Shown here: positions 36,510-49,912 of the stretch, piece after piece
How the letters are laid out: each line of letters begins with the position of its first letter
Numbering within the stretch: the first letter of the stretch is position 1
Assembly (NCBI RefSeq): GCF_006345805.1
Contig: NC_043015.1
Coordinates: forward strand, 28,582,001-28,646,000
Source: Octopus sinensis
Taxonomy: Eukaryota
Length of the DNA: 64,000 bases
Direction of reading: 5' to 3'
Program-made: the position numbers and the translations under genes
Notes under the pieces: model-generated
Seen by the model: the letters and a program-made list of their open reading frames with translations, nothing else
What the model was told of the DNA's origin: nothing
Databases searched by the model: none

Positions 36510-37663
36510 TCATGTTGTAGGATCTGTTACTTTACCAATGAAATGGATCATTTTAGTTCGGTCATCAACAACTAAAAACCTGAATGGGTGATTGACATCA
36601 AATTGCATCCCAATTCTCGACATATAATTTGAGACCACCATTCCACTTGCAGCAGCAGCTTCCGTTCCTTCTTCATTAACATCAACAAATGCTTTATGAA
36701 ACATTTCACTGGCATAAATATTCTTCTCACCACCAGTCATCCCAGATAAATCAGCTTTTAGAGGATCAAAAATATCAGGGAGTCCAAGCTTTTTCAAAAC
36801 ATCACCCAACTTAAAACTACTCTCTAATGAAATTTTGGCATATTTAATTCTAGAAGCATCATTTTAAATCCTTTTCTGTCAACAATGTCTTTGAGAAATT
36901 GAGCATTAATCTCCTTCTCTAAAGCAGCAAGACCATTGATTTCATTGGGAAGAATTACAAACATACTAAATGCTTTTCCTATATAAAGTAACTCAACAAC
37001 TTTATAGTTGTTGCGTATTTTTGTATTAAAATCTTCAGATATATACATAAAATCATGAGATACAGTCTTGTCAGAGCTTAAATAAAACTTTCTAGATGAT
37101 GTTGCTTGTTCTGGGAATTTTTCAGCTCACATTCCTTTGAAGTATACAGCATTAATAAGAACTAGAACTGACTGAGGTGTCAAACTTCCACTTGGTAACA
37201 GATCGGTAATTTTGTTATTTGTGTTATTCTTAACCCAATCATTAATAGTAATTCTTGTCTTCTCAGCATTTGTTATGAAGTCTACATTTTCAATATCTGA
37301 AAAGAAATATTTTACCATGTTGTTCTTGTAGTCTTCTGAAATAGGGAATTTTTCACTGGCATACAAACGATTCACTGAATTGAATGTGACAAGTTTATCT
37401 GAGTTTTTCAAAAGTGAAAAATATTCTTTAAAAGCCAAAGCTACAGAATCTGGATTTGATGTTATCTTCAAAACATTTTCAAACTGTTTGGCAGAGTTTT
37501 GTCTTGCTCCCAAATAAACCATTGATAAAACAGTAGCAACACTGAATGGTGACATGAAGACATTTTCATTGGTTCCTGTAGCCACAGCTTGATAAAGACT
37601 GTTTGTAAAATAATCAATTGAAGCAGCAAGGTTACCGATGTCTTGTTTCTCTGCTGAGTCCAT
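36510..37663 (-). pseudogene. Serpin S5, probable pseudogene; RCL identical to S4
   Basis: The conserved Trp codon of FKGMW is TGA (37127-37129), a substitution rather than a homopolymer slip. There is a second frameshift with a substitution at MPKF (about 36825). Confidence 0.8.
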
Positions 37664-38208
37664 ATCGTATACGATAGTGTCTAGAGAATATAGAATATGA
37701 AAAGAAAATATACAAAATAAATTCTGGCAAACATTTCAGTATATTGTAGAAGACATCTATGAAAGCAATGTCTGAAATCTCTTCTGTTCAAACTTTAAAT
37801 TTAACTTTTACATGAACATATTTTGTACGGTAACACTCAATATGATTTAAATAGATTTTAAAATAATTAAAAATTTATAAGATTTAATAATATAACCATT
37901 TCTTTCTTCCATTCTTTATGTGGCATTTGGCACATACCTTAAAATGATGTTGAAATGTTTTAGCTTAAATACGGTGATTATTTACAAAATAGATTTGAAC
38001 ATTATGTATCACATTTAGAATACAGTTAGGAAACAATAAAATTTGGGTTTTTGCATAAATCATTTCAGACCATTTTCATACAGAATTCTTAGATCACATT
38101 AGTGTGTTTTACACTCTCTTGAAATATTGAACAGGAACTGTTTTTCAGGAAATTCTTTTGCATTTCATCTCTTCATATTGTATATTCTTTAGATGCCACG
38201 GAAATAAT

Positions 38209-39243
38209 ATGGACTAAGCAAAGAAACAAGACTTCGGTAACCTCGCTGCTTCAGTTGATTATTGTACAAAGAGTCTTTTTCAAGCTGTGTCTACAGGAAC
38301 CGTTGAAAATGTTTTCATGTCACCATTCAATGTTGCTACCGTTTTATCAATGGTTTATTCTGGAGCAAGACAAAACTCTGCCAAACAATTGAAAATATTT
38401 TGAAAATAACTTTAAATACAGATCCTGTAATTTGAGGTTTTAAAGAATATTTTTCACTTTTGAAACACTCAGATGAACTTATTGCATTGAATTCAGTCAA
38501 TTGTTTTAGTGCCAATGAAAAATTTCGTATTTCAGGAGACTAAAAGAACATTATTGCAAAAAATTTCTTTTCAGATATTGAAAATGTAGACTTCATGACA
38601 AATATTGGAAAAGGAAGAATTAATATTAATTACAATGTTGTAAGACAACAAGATGCTCGAATTGTTAGTATGCTGGGCAAAATACTTAGTAGCAATTTGT
38701 CCATCTTGACATTCTGGAGTTGACATTGTCATCCTTTAGGGTTTGACAAAATAAGTACCAATTGAGCACTTGTGTTGCTGTAATTGATTTACCCCTACAA
38801 TTAAATTGCTGGCCTTGCACCAAAATTTGAAAGCAGTTTTAATGATTGTGCTGAAAATAACACAAATAACATAATTACCGATCTCTTAACAATTTGAAGT
38901 TGACACCTCAGTCGGTTCTAGTTCTTATTAATGCTGTGTACTTGAAAAGAATATGGCATAAAATATTCCTATAAAAAGCAACATCATCTAGAAAGACAAT
39001 TTTAGCACAAAAATAAGCAACAGCTCTACAGTTGTTGAGTTACCTTATATAGGAAAAGCATTTAGTATGTTTGTAATTCTTCCCAATGAAATCAATGGCC
39101 TTAATGCTTTAGTGAAGGAGATTAATGCTCAATTTCTCAAAGATATTGTAGACAGAAAAGGGATTTGAAATGATGCTTCTAGAATTAAATATGCCAAAAT
39201 TTCGTTTAGAGAGTAGTTTACAGTTGGGTGATGTTTTGAAACC
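38209..39243 (+). pseudogene. Serpin S6, inverted, decayed and 3'-truncated (no RCL)
   Basis: Plus-strand translation from ATG 38209 gives MD*AKKQDFGNLAASVDYCTKSLFQAVSTGTVENVFMSPFNVATVLSMVYSGARQNSAKQ. It has multiple stops and indels and a ~200-bp insertion at about 38635-38840, resumes at the INDWVKNNTNN homology, and ends after SSLQLGDVLK. Confidence 0.9.
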
Positions 39244-39479
39244 CTACAATCTGCTCAATCCAACTATAGGAAAACTGATCTTTCTTACTGTTTCCACCTA
39301 TGGCACACCCTCTGAAATATTTTCAAATCACTCACTACTGAAATGCAAACCGAGGCAAATTCATATGTAACCTGACACCACGATGCCTGATTACTCATCA
39401 CAGGCAAGTGTTGTCCTTGAAATACCACATCCTGCTAAATGCTGGCCAAGTGACACAACCATCTTGCCTGCTTCACCAC

Positions 39480-39730
39480 ATGCCATCATCATCATCATCC
39501 ATCATTTTGAATCCGGGTTTTGTCCTCATTAACGACGGTGGCCGGATCTACTTCAATGCCATAGCAATTGCCCTCACACCATCTCACACATTTTTCGGCA
39601 ATCCTCCCTTCTTAAGCCAACCATCCCAATCACCTCCTCCACTTGTTCCCTCCACCTGTTCCACAGTCTATTTCGCTTTTGCCGTCCATTTCCCTCAGAC
39701 TCTAGCACCCTCTTCACAACTTGCCCCTCA
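39480..39730 (-). mobile_element. RTE-clade LINE 3' end with (GAT)n tail
   Basis: RDEGQVVKRVLESEGNGRQKRNRLWNRWREQVEEVIGMVGLRREDC resembles the RTE C-terminus and is followed by a GAT repeat. Confidence 0.7.
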
Positions 39731-39934
39731 TCCCTCGTGTAGCATCTGTTACAAGAAGCAGTTGTTGCTGAAATATCATACACTTAAGAATGTCATTCAC
39801 TTGGCACCAACATTATGTTTGTTTCCCATAAATGAATTGATGTCGCTATGAGAGCAATAACAACCAGATGACTCAAACTGATCATTGGAGATTTAAATAC
39901 ATCAGCCCTTAAGCCACTCCAGATTTATTTTAAA

Positions 39935-40330
39935 CTAGCAGTATCGCCCGGCGTTGCTCGGGTTTGTAAGGGAAATAACTATATAAGCATTTTTAGAGAT
40001 GTAAAGTATAATAGCCATCTCAATATGGCTAACCACAAAGGGAGGGTGTTACTGTAGCTTTTTATGTTCTGAAATTTAATAATACATTTTTAGAGAGTTA
40101 CTTCCCTTATATATGCCAAAAATGCATTAAAAATGGGGAAAATTGATGGTAAATTATTTTTAAAATCGTAGACTCATCGTAGATGCGCGCCATTACCCAG
40201 AAGGGCTCGATATGAATCACGACTATAAGATACCCGGTTTTGGTTAAACTGTACTGCAAAATGTGGGAGTAGTTAGGAATCTAAATCGTAGGAGACAGAC
40301 AGCACACAACCTCACTTTTATATATAAAGA
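39935..40330 (-). mobile_element. Short non-autonomous Helitron (396 bp)
   Basis: Minus strand A|TCTTTATATATAAAAG...CCCGAGCAACGCCGGG (hairpin 39947-39962)...CTAG|T: canonical TC/CTAG ends at an AT site. Confidence 0.85.
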
Positions 40331-41884
40331 TTCTCTTAACTCTCTCCTTAAATATCGGATGATGTGAAAATGTTTGCAATTTCGAAAGTTTTAAATGATG
40401 TGCCATAGTCAAAGTTTTATTAAACTGAATATATTGGGTGATACTTTCTCTTGTTCACTCATTCTTATATATGTATACACACAAACGGGTGTATATATAT
40501 ATAACGTATACATGTTTACTCTCCCAGACTCTAGGCTTATGTGTCTCATTTGCTCTTTTCCTCTACTGGGCATTCCATCCTGCCGCAGTTTTCATCAGAT
40601 CAACTGATCCCACGGATTTGAGTCTGCTTCATAAGGTTTTAACTTATGCGGTATCCATTATCCATTTCCATATTACTTTATGTAGAAAGAAAAGGCTTTC
40701 TTCTTTTCTCTACAACAATATTTGTGCCATTTAAATTTCCCTCTCAGCAAAAAGTATTTTTGTGTTGAAAATATATTCTCAAATCATATTTTCTAATAAT
40801 TTATTTAAGTTGTTAAGATGTATATTATGTCACTTTATCTATGAGGTCTGATCAAAAATTATCCGGCCTTATGCTATAAAAAAAAACTACAACACATATT
40901 AATTCAGCATTTAATCCTCTTTGAAGTAGTCCCATTCTGAAGCTACACAAATGACCCAACATTGTTTCCATTCATGGATGCTTTATGTACCATACACAGT
41001 ATAAATACATCACAAAATTTCAATTTACTGCAGTATATATCTCCAGATAATATCCTTTAAGAACATGCTGCATATAAAAATACGATATATATCGAAGGCA
41101 GATGAAAATTGTTCTAGTTGCAAGTATGCTAGTTTCTAGCTGCAGCTGGTGAGTGTGTTAGATGTATTTCTGCCTCATCTAAGCAGCTGGTTGCCTATGA
41201 GTATATGCTATTGATAACATCCAACAGGACCTGAATGCATCTAGTATCCTCACCAACCAACCAACCAACCACTGCTAGGACAATCTTCATATGCCTGATA
41301 TAAATAGCATTTTCAAACACAGCATATCATTGTGAGCTTTTATCTCTGTATGAATACTGTATTGAATCAATGTAATTTTTTAATGAAGATCTAAGACTAA
41401 AATACCAGAGACTATCAAGAGGGCTGAAGAAGTTGAAATGTCTACATTTGTAACAAAGCTATTAAAAGCCAGTTGCAATTAACACATACATTAAAATGGA
41501 ATATTTACTGAGATGCTTTATTAATATAAACAGAAATAAAAACATACAAGCATTGATTTCATTTTATTTAACCAGTAAATAATGTTTACAGGCAACAATA
41601 AGTATATTGTTAAAATAATAAACTTGCAAAGAAAGGATACTTTAAAAAGTGTCATATTTTTCTGTCAATATATGGCAAGTACAAATTGATAATATTGATT
41701 TAGATTAATGTGGTATTATAATATATCATTGAATAGATATGACCTTGGTTCTACATAGTTACAATTATAATGTCCTAAGTCATTTTACTAAAAACAATTC
41801 TAAATAAATTTGCTCAGTTACATTCTCCACATAATACAATGTAGTATTCCATAAGAGGGAAATCTTTGACAGGGCAATATCATC

Positions 41885-43048
41885 TTATGTTGTAGGATTT
41901 GTTACTTTACCAATGAAATGGATCATTTTAGTTCGGTTGTCAACAATTAAAAATGTGAAGGGGTGATTGACATCAAAATCCAAGGGATTTATAACACGTC
42001 TTCCTTTACATGGCACTAAGCGGGCCTTAGTTGCAGCTGCAGCTTCCGTTCCTTCTTCATTAACTTCAACAAATGCTTTATGAAACATTTCACTGGCATA
42101 AATATTCTTCTCACCACCAGTCATTCCAGATAAATCAGCTTTTAGAGGATCAAAAATATCAGGGAGTCCAAGCTTTTTCAAAACTTCACCCAACTGAAAA
42201 CTACTCTCTAAACGAAATTTTGGCATATGTAATACTAGAAGCATCATTTTAAATCCTTTTCTATCTATAATATCTTTGAGAAATTGAGCATTAATCTCCT
42301 TCTCTAAAGCAGCAAGACCATTGATTTCATTGGGAAGAATTACAAACATACTAAATGCTTTCCCTATATAAGGTAACTCAACCACTTTATAGTTGTCGCT
42401 TATTTTTGTATTAAAATCTTCAAATTTATACATAAAATCATGAGATACAGTCTTGTCAGAGCTTAAATAAAACTTTCTAGATGATGTTGCTTTTTTTCCG
42501 AATGTTTCAGCCCACGTTCCTTTGAAGTATACAGCATTGATAAGAACTAGAACCGATTGAGGTGTCAAACTTCCACTTGGTAACAGATCAGTAATTTTGT
42601 TATTTGTGTTATTCTTTACCCAGTCATTAATAGTAATTCTTGTCTTCTCAGCATTTGTTATGAAGTCTACATTTTCAATATCTGAAAAGAAATATTTTAC
42701 CATGTTGTTCTTGTAGTCTTCAGAAATAGGGAATTTTTCATTGGTGCACAAACGATTCACTAAATTGGATGTGACAAGTTTATCTGAGTTTTTCAAAAGT
42801 GAAAAATATTCTTTAAAAGCCAAAGCTACAGAATCTGGATTAGAAGTTATCTTCAAAACATTTTCAAACTGTTTGGCAGAGTTTTGTCTTGCTCCCAAAT
42901 AAACCATTGATAAAACAGTAGCAACACTGAATGGTGACATGAAGACATTTTCATTGGTTCCTGTAGCCACAGCTTGATAAAGACTGTTTGTAAAATAATC
43001 AATTGAAGCAGCAAGGTTACCGATGTCTTGTTTCTTTGCTGAGTCCAT
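41885..43048 (-). CDS. Serpin S7; basic RCL TKARLVPC-KGRRVINPLD
   Basis: Intact 387 aa from MDSAKK at 43048. The ORF-track extension to 43123 runs through the polypyrimidine tract and acceptor, so it is probably intronic. Confidence 0.96.
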   Translation of the reverse strand: MDSAKKQDIGNLAASIDYFTNSLYQAVATGTNENVFMSPFSVATVLSMVYLGARQNSAKQFENVLKITSNPDSVALAFKEYFSLLKNSDKLVTSNLVNRLCTNEKFPISEDYKNNMVKYFFSDIENVDFITNAEKTRITINDWVKNNTNNKITDLLPSGSLTPQSVLVLINAVYFKGTWAETFGKKATSSRKFYLSSDKTVSHDFMYKFEDFNTKISDNYKVVELPYIGKAFSMFVILPNEINGLAALEKEINAQFLKDIIDRKGFKMMLLVLHMPKFRLESSFQLGEVLKKLGLPDIFDPLKADLSGMTGGEKNIYASEMFHKAFVEVNEEGTEAAAATKARLVPCKGRRVINPLDFDVNHPFTFLIVDNRTKMIHFIGKVTNPTT

Positions 43049-43558
43049 ATTGTATTTGTAGTGTCTGGAGAATATAGAATATGAAGAGAAAACATATGAA
43101 ATAAATTCTTGCAAACATTTCAAAATATTTTTTTAGACATTACTGTAATTAAAGACATATATGAAAGCAAAGTCTGAAATCTCTTCTGATCAAACTCTAA
43201 TATTAACTTTTACAGGAACATATTTCTTAACATAACACAGAGTTGATGTGTTTTAAACAGTTTTTAAAATAATTAAAAATTTATATATACCATTTTTTCT
43301 CCAATATTTATCTGATATTTGGCACATATCTTAAAAGTTTCATTTATAAGATGATGTTGGAACTTATCCATGTTTGCATTTCAGAGACAAATTTGAATGG
43401 AGCAGGTTTAGTTTTCATTTTTTGCATATATGGTAAGATTAGGTATCAAGTACAATGATATACTCCACCTGCTGAGAGCCTGGCCAAATATTTACAACAA
43501 AATGACATCTTCAAAAAAGGCCTCCATGTGCCTGGAGGTGATGTTGAACTAATTAGTG

Positions 43559-44189
43559 TGTAAAGGGAACTGGTTCTTTTTTACACTTTTGGGGTGCAAC
43601 TTGGGTGCAACACAATTTCCTTTCTTTTTTGTTTCTAGAAAATACCAGTCGGTAACAAAACGCAACTTTAAAAATATATACAATTCTTTATTCTCTTCTT
43701 CACAAATGAAGTACGATGGTATACTGGTATCCCCCTAGTTCAACACAGCAAAGCTGAATTCTAACGTTTGTAAGATTCTTACAATTCAGCAGCAACAGAA
43801 CAGGTCAAATCCTAAGCGTCTGGGACAGGAGAATAGGCTGATCACACGTTTAAAAATACATCCTTTCTCTTCTATCGCTGTGTCTCAAGTCAACGACGCT
43901 ATTAAGGAACACGATAGAATTCCTTTCCCAGTCTCTAGCGCATGTGCATGAGGAAACGTTCTTATGCCTTTCCAGAAGGTTCCAACCCCGCACACGCATA
44001 CTGAAGAAGGATGTACCGCACACGCACCCTGAAGAAGGATGTACCGCACACGCACACTGAATAAGGATGTACCGCACACGCACACTGAATAAGGATGTAC
44101 CGCACACGCACACTGAAGAAGGATGTACCGCACACGCACACTGAAGAATGACGTTGCGTGTGCGCACATTGGAATATGACGTCACTACA
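43559..44189. mobile_element. Solo LTR, 631 bp, 4-bp TSD AGTG, with an internal 28-bp tandem repeat (about 43989-44149)
   Basis: TGTA...TACA termini flanked by AGTG at 43555-43558 and 44190-44193. Empty site AATTAGTGTAATACC at about 4150 and in the other A-type units. Confidence 0.85.
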
Positions 44190-44993
44190 AGTGTAATACC
44201 AAGCTAGACCGGATCCTGTAAACATAAACTCAATGGTCAATATTTAGTTTGTAGAATGACCGTGTGAAGGAGAGGTGACGAGAATGGCTCCTTTAGTACG
44301 CCGCACGGTCAATTACAATAAATAGGAAAAAGGATAAATGAGTATGAATGCCAGCAGGAAAAGAGAGACACAACCAGTCGAATGTTGAAGAGAAAGATTT
44401 TAGTGATAGGTTAACATGTGTGTCTGTGTGTGTGTCATGTATACATAATAATAGACAGGCCGTTATGTATACATAATGTGTGTGCAGAAACGTGGATGTA
44501 TGCGTGTGCGATAAGTACAGAGCATTGAAAGAGTCTATAATAGGACGTTAGAAGAATGCAATGCAGAGCCAGTTGAGGCACGTGTCATGCGTGAAGCTGT
44601 GGCTACTATGCAGAGCCGGTTACTTGGTACAGAAGGTTCTCGCAGGTTGTATCTGCTGTTAACCATGGTGAAATAATTCATGAACAGTGTTGAGTAGAGG
44701 CCATTGATTGGTTAAAATCTGAAAAATTAAACTACGTTAAACTTACAAATTACAATTTTCTCAAGAAAGCCAAGAGAAAAAATGTTTTATTTTGACACAT
44801 TCTACCAGTATACGAAGTTTAAAAGTGTTTAGTTAACTAGAAATTGTGTTGAAAACTGCCGTTCAAAAGGAAAAGATCCTCCTTTTCTAATTGAAACCAT
44901 TTTTCTGCAAGGCCTTCCACATGACCAAATCATGCCATCCGACAAATTTTTTTTGGCTACATCCTTCAAGGAACATTTCTAGAGAATAGTAAG

Positions 44994-45626
44994 TTGAAGT
45001 GTGAGCAGATTATTGATATTTTATATTATTGGGCAAAAGAAGATTTAGCAAAGGGAATAGCCCAGGAATGCTGTATATACTGGAGAAATTTTTGCTGTGA
45101 TATATGTGCAGAATATTATGTTGCACAAAACATTAAGCTCGGAGGGCCAAACCAAATTGTAGAGATAGATGAAAGCGCGTTTGTTAGAAGAAAATATAAC
45201 GTTGGCCATCAGGTTAAAATGCAGTGGGTTTTTGGTGCTTTGGAAAGGGATACTAGAAGATGGTTTTTGGTGGCAGTGGATGATCAGACTGCGGACACTC
45301 TTTTAGAAATTATACAAGAGCGTATATAGCCTGGTACAACTGTAATTTCTGACCTCTGGCGTTTGTATAATACGCTCAATCACCTAGGATATAGGCATTT
45401 GACTGTGAATCATTCAATAAATTTTGTTGATCCGGTAACATTTGCCACAACCAACCACATAGAATGTTTATGGAAGCATGTAAAGAATCGCAACAAAAGA
45501 GAAAATGGAACAGCCCGAAATTTACTTCAATCCCATCTCATTGAATTCATGTGGCGTTATAAATTTAAGGACGAAATCTTTGGAAAGTTATTGGAACAAA
45601 TTCAACATCTATACCCATGCATTTGA
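44994..45626 (+). pseudogene. Merlin transposase fossil without the SINE insertion (best-preserved copy)
   Basis: ORFs 44994-45329 and 45363-45626 are in one frame split by a TAG: ...GGPNQIVEIDESAFVRRKYNVGHQVKMQWVFGALER...TVISDLWRLYNTLNHLGYRHLTVNHSINFVDPVTFATTNHIECLW. Confidence 0.9.
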
Positions 45627-48600
45627 AACGTTACAGAATGGAAGTATCTACAAAGCATTTGTTTTATATTTCGTTAAATTCTTTCAGTTGAAAATTATAT
45701 TGTTATATTCTAAATAATTTGCAATTTCAGAAAATATATTAACTTTGCGTTTTTTAATTTGATAAATTCTACGGAAACAAACAAGTGACGTCAGATTGAA
45801 GTCACACTTTCTTTTACTTTCCTCCTGACAGCTAATTCCGTAGTGGTGCCTGTAACAGGATGTAGCGCAACTACGTGCTCTTTTGTTTTCTTACACACAC
45901 GCCGCCTCAATTCAGGTGGGGTAAACATTTAAAATAACATTTTTTTGTTGATGCTCGTATCCCACCAATGGAGCATGCATGTGGCCCATTGGTATCATCA
46001 TTAAAGGGGATGAGGAGTAAAAAAAAAAAATCATAAGTTTTCCAAACCATTTTTTCATAACAAGATGTTTCCCATCATTTCGAAGGTTGTGGTGAAAAAC
46101 AATCGCGAAAACCCTGTCAAAAGGGAGAAATTCCAACTTATGTGGTCTTCTTGATCGGAAACTCCTCTCCCTGCTCCTTAAAAATTTTTTCCCCAAAAAA
46201 TTTCTTTATAATCTTAATCCATGCCGTTTGAAATGTATTTATATAAAATTTCACTAAAAGATATCCATTTTCCTGAAAGTTATGAGGGAAAAAATCGGAT
46301 TGTGTGAATTTTGCGAAAGTCCTCTCCTCATCCCCGTTTCGTTTGCGCAAATTTTGTTTTCCAGATTCGTTAACTTTTTTCTTCTTGTTCTGGTGGCCGG
46401 GTATTAAACTTGTAGTGTGATGGATGAAGAAGACAACAGAAAAAGAAGCAACGGGAGAAAGAATAACTAAAGGCCTTACCTTTTCGAAATCAGCGGTCTC
46501 TTTCACGAATTCTACACGTCTTATCGCTTTCCCGTCTATGTTGGAACTGTCCTGCTTGACAAACTCCTGCTGCGCATGCATTCTGCAGTCTTCCGCCCAC
46601 TTCATCTATCACCAGTGCACCACTTAGCTCATCACATCCTATAACACCGACTGCCAACACCACAAAACTAGGTAGTAACCGATTCGCTGGCAGAAAAGTT
46701 AGCACGACGGGCGAAATGCTTAGCGGTATTTCCTCAGCGATACGTTGTTAGTTCAAATTCCGCCGAGGTCGACTTTGCCTTTCATCCTTTCGGGGTCGAT
46801 AAATTAAGTACCAGTTACGCACTGGAGTCGATGTAATGGACTGAATACCTATGTCTGTCCTTGTTTGTCCCCTCTGTGTTTAGCCCCTTGTGGGTAATAA
46901 AGAAATAGGTATCCCAGACACTCCTATTAGATTGATACAGAAATTTAACCGTTTTCTTATTTTTTAAGGTAGGATATGATTTTAGGAAGATTTGGCTGGT
47001 CTATTGACCAAGTAGGGTTTTTCTCTTTGACTCATATCTAGACTTTGATGTCAGCCAAGCTTTTTAAAGAATGAAAGTTTTCGAAAATGAACACGTTAAT
47101 AATAAATAATTTCCATTATTTTATTTCATACAAAAACATTCGGTTAATGTGAATAACTTGTCTTAATTTATCTAAAAAGACGAAGTAAAAAAAAAAAATC
47201 TAATCTGCTACACGGTGAAATTTTGCCGTGATTTGTCTTTCAAATAATGCATGACAAAACTATGGAATGTCGTTGATACTGAAGAGACTTTGCGAGGAAA
47301 GTTCGAGCGACTTGGCAATGAATGTGAAGTAATTAGTATGTCGAGTTAGGTTCCTTGCTGATAGAGAGTTAAAATGGGAGAAACTTTTTTGTTTTAAAAT
47401 TTCTATAGCGCAAAATAGAAGTTAACTGCAGCATAAAGTAGAAAAGAAGTTCTGCCGACGACCACGTAGACTGCAGTTGACTCCAGAATGTGTACGGTAG
47501 ACTAATTAACGATCTCGGCGTATAATGTGTGATGAACCAGAAATAATAATCTCTCTATATATAAAACTGAGAACGTGTGTCTGTCTGTGTTTCCCTAAAA
47601 CTTGAGAACTACGTAACCAATTTCATTCGAATTTTACACATGCCTTACTGAGGGTCCATGTAGTTTCATGGGCAAAAAAATGTTCAACTTCTTGCCTAGG
47701 GCGAGCCCATAGCAATATCATATCTTCTCCACTATGATTCCCTAAAACTTGAGAACTACAAAACCAATTTTATTCAAATTTTACACATGCCTTACTTAGG
47801 GTCCATATAGTTTCATGGGTAAAAAAACGTTCAACTTCTTGCCTAGAGCGAGACCATATCAATATCATATCTTCTCCACTATTTCTGTATTACGTGTTAA
47901 CAATTAAACAAAACATTTCTCTACTTTATGTCAGATACTTTCACTTTATTTTACCTTTCGTAAGATAGAAAATGGAAGAAGAAGAAGAAGAAGAAGAAAG
48001 AGAAGAGAAGAAGAAGAAGAAGAAGAGAAGAAGAAGAAAAGAAGAGAAGAAGAAGAAAAGAAGAAGAGAAGGAGAAGAGAAAAAGAAGAAAAGAAAAGAG
48101 AAGAAGAAGAAGAAGAAGAAGAAGGAGAAGAAGAGAAGAAGAAGAAGAAAGAGAAGAGAAGAGAAAAAGAAAGAGAGAAGAAAAGAAAGAAGAAGAAGAA
48201 AAGAAGAAGAAGAAGAAAGAAGAGAAGAAGAAAAAGAAGAAGAAGAAGGAGAAGGAGAAGAAGAAGGAGAAGAAAGAAGAGAAGGAGAAGAAGAAGAAGA
48301 AGAAGAAGAGAAGAAGAAGAGAGAGGAGAGAAGAGAAGAAGATGGAGAAGAAGGAGGAGGAGGAGAAGGAGAGAAGAAGAAAGAAGAAGTTGATGATGAT
48401 GACGACGACAGCAATGATGAGATGATGATGATGGGTGTAGTGATGACTAGAACCACATTCATTATCTTTGAATGATGGATCGTTAGGGCCATTTGAGCAT
48501 CAATGTTATTGACTCTAACCAGTTTATCTGGAAATTACTGGTATGCCATTATAGAGAATATAATCAGAAGGACTCTTCACTGTTCCATCACAACTGCTGG

Positions 48601-49832
48601 AGCTAGAGTAGGTTTTGACTGGTGATGGTAGGTGCCCCAACAGAATACTGTAAATCCTCGAGTATAATATGCAGAGGACTTTTAGGAGGCTGTACCTCTG
48701 AAAAACCTAAACCTTGTGTATAATACGCACTCCTTCTCTAACTTGAGTCATGAGTAATTAAATCAGCAGCATGTAGTTGAACAAATACTTCTGCACATGC
48801 GTAATACAATAATGGTGATGTTCTTAACTGTTATATGGGAATGTAAATATGTTTGCAAATTGTTTTTATTACATGTTATTCTGTGTTCTAAATACTTTTA
48901 TTTTGATAAATGTTGCTTACTGCAAGTTATGGATGATTCTTTTATGACTTCATTGCTTTCAGGCTTAGCTTAAGGTATTTTCGTGCCCGACATTACAAAA
49001 TGTGTCTGAATAAGCATTGCCGGACAGCAAATAGAGATTCGGATATTGCTTAGAAAATATTTTTCATTTTTAATCTCGTATAAAGTACGCACTAGGGATT
49101 TTGACCACTAAATTTTTAGGTAAAAAGTGCGGATTATACTTGAGGATTTACGGTATGGTATATTGGTTTCCATAGGGGAAAACCAAATCCCTAATTTGGG
49201 ACATGATGTGCTACATTCTCTAGCTGCATCTGGCCCATAAACATGAGTGTTACTGCCCATAACGCAGAAGAGAGGAAGTTTAACAAATGCATGAGCCTGA
49301 CTGGCTGCTGTCTGTTTGTGCAGATTGCCATCAAGACCTTCGGTGTTCTTGGGCCCCTCACTGCTAATTCCTTCCACTAAATTAGGAAAGCAGTGGCCCG
49401 TGTGAAAAATGAACCCAGCAAAGTGGTATGGCTATTGTAGCGAGCATTGTTGGCCATTCTCTGTGATAATGCTTTTGCAGTTATGTCAGTGGAGTGCAGC
49501 TGAACATGCCATTTGGTCTGGGGTGTAAAACCTCTTACTCCTTCTCACCCCATCTTTTGCTGCTTAATTCCCCCTTTTTCTTTGTTTCCTCGGTGAGGTT
49601 ACTCTCTCTTTACTCTTTTACTCTTTTACTTGTTTCAGTCATTTGACTGCAGCCATGCTGGAGCACCGCCTTTAATCAAGTAACTCGACCCCGAGACTTA
49701 TTCTTTTTGTAAGACCAGTACTTATTCTATCGGTCTCTTTTGCCGAACCGCTAAGTAACGGAGACCTAAACACACCAGCATCGGTTGTCAAGCAATGCTA
49801 GGGGGACAAACACAGACACACAAACACACACA

Positions 49833-49912
<80 letters not shown>

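Noticed and set aside
43989-44149. 28-bp direct repeats resembling a CRISPR array
   Set aside because: The repeats are contiguous with no unique spacers, lie inside a solo LTR, and there are no cas genes in this eukaryotic context.
44994-45626. Bacterial IS1595 element, horizontal transfer or contamination
   Set aside because: The same DDE family exists in animals as Merlin. The copies are decayed, interrupted by a host SINE and duplicated with the host units.
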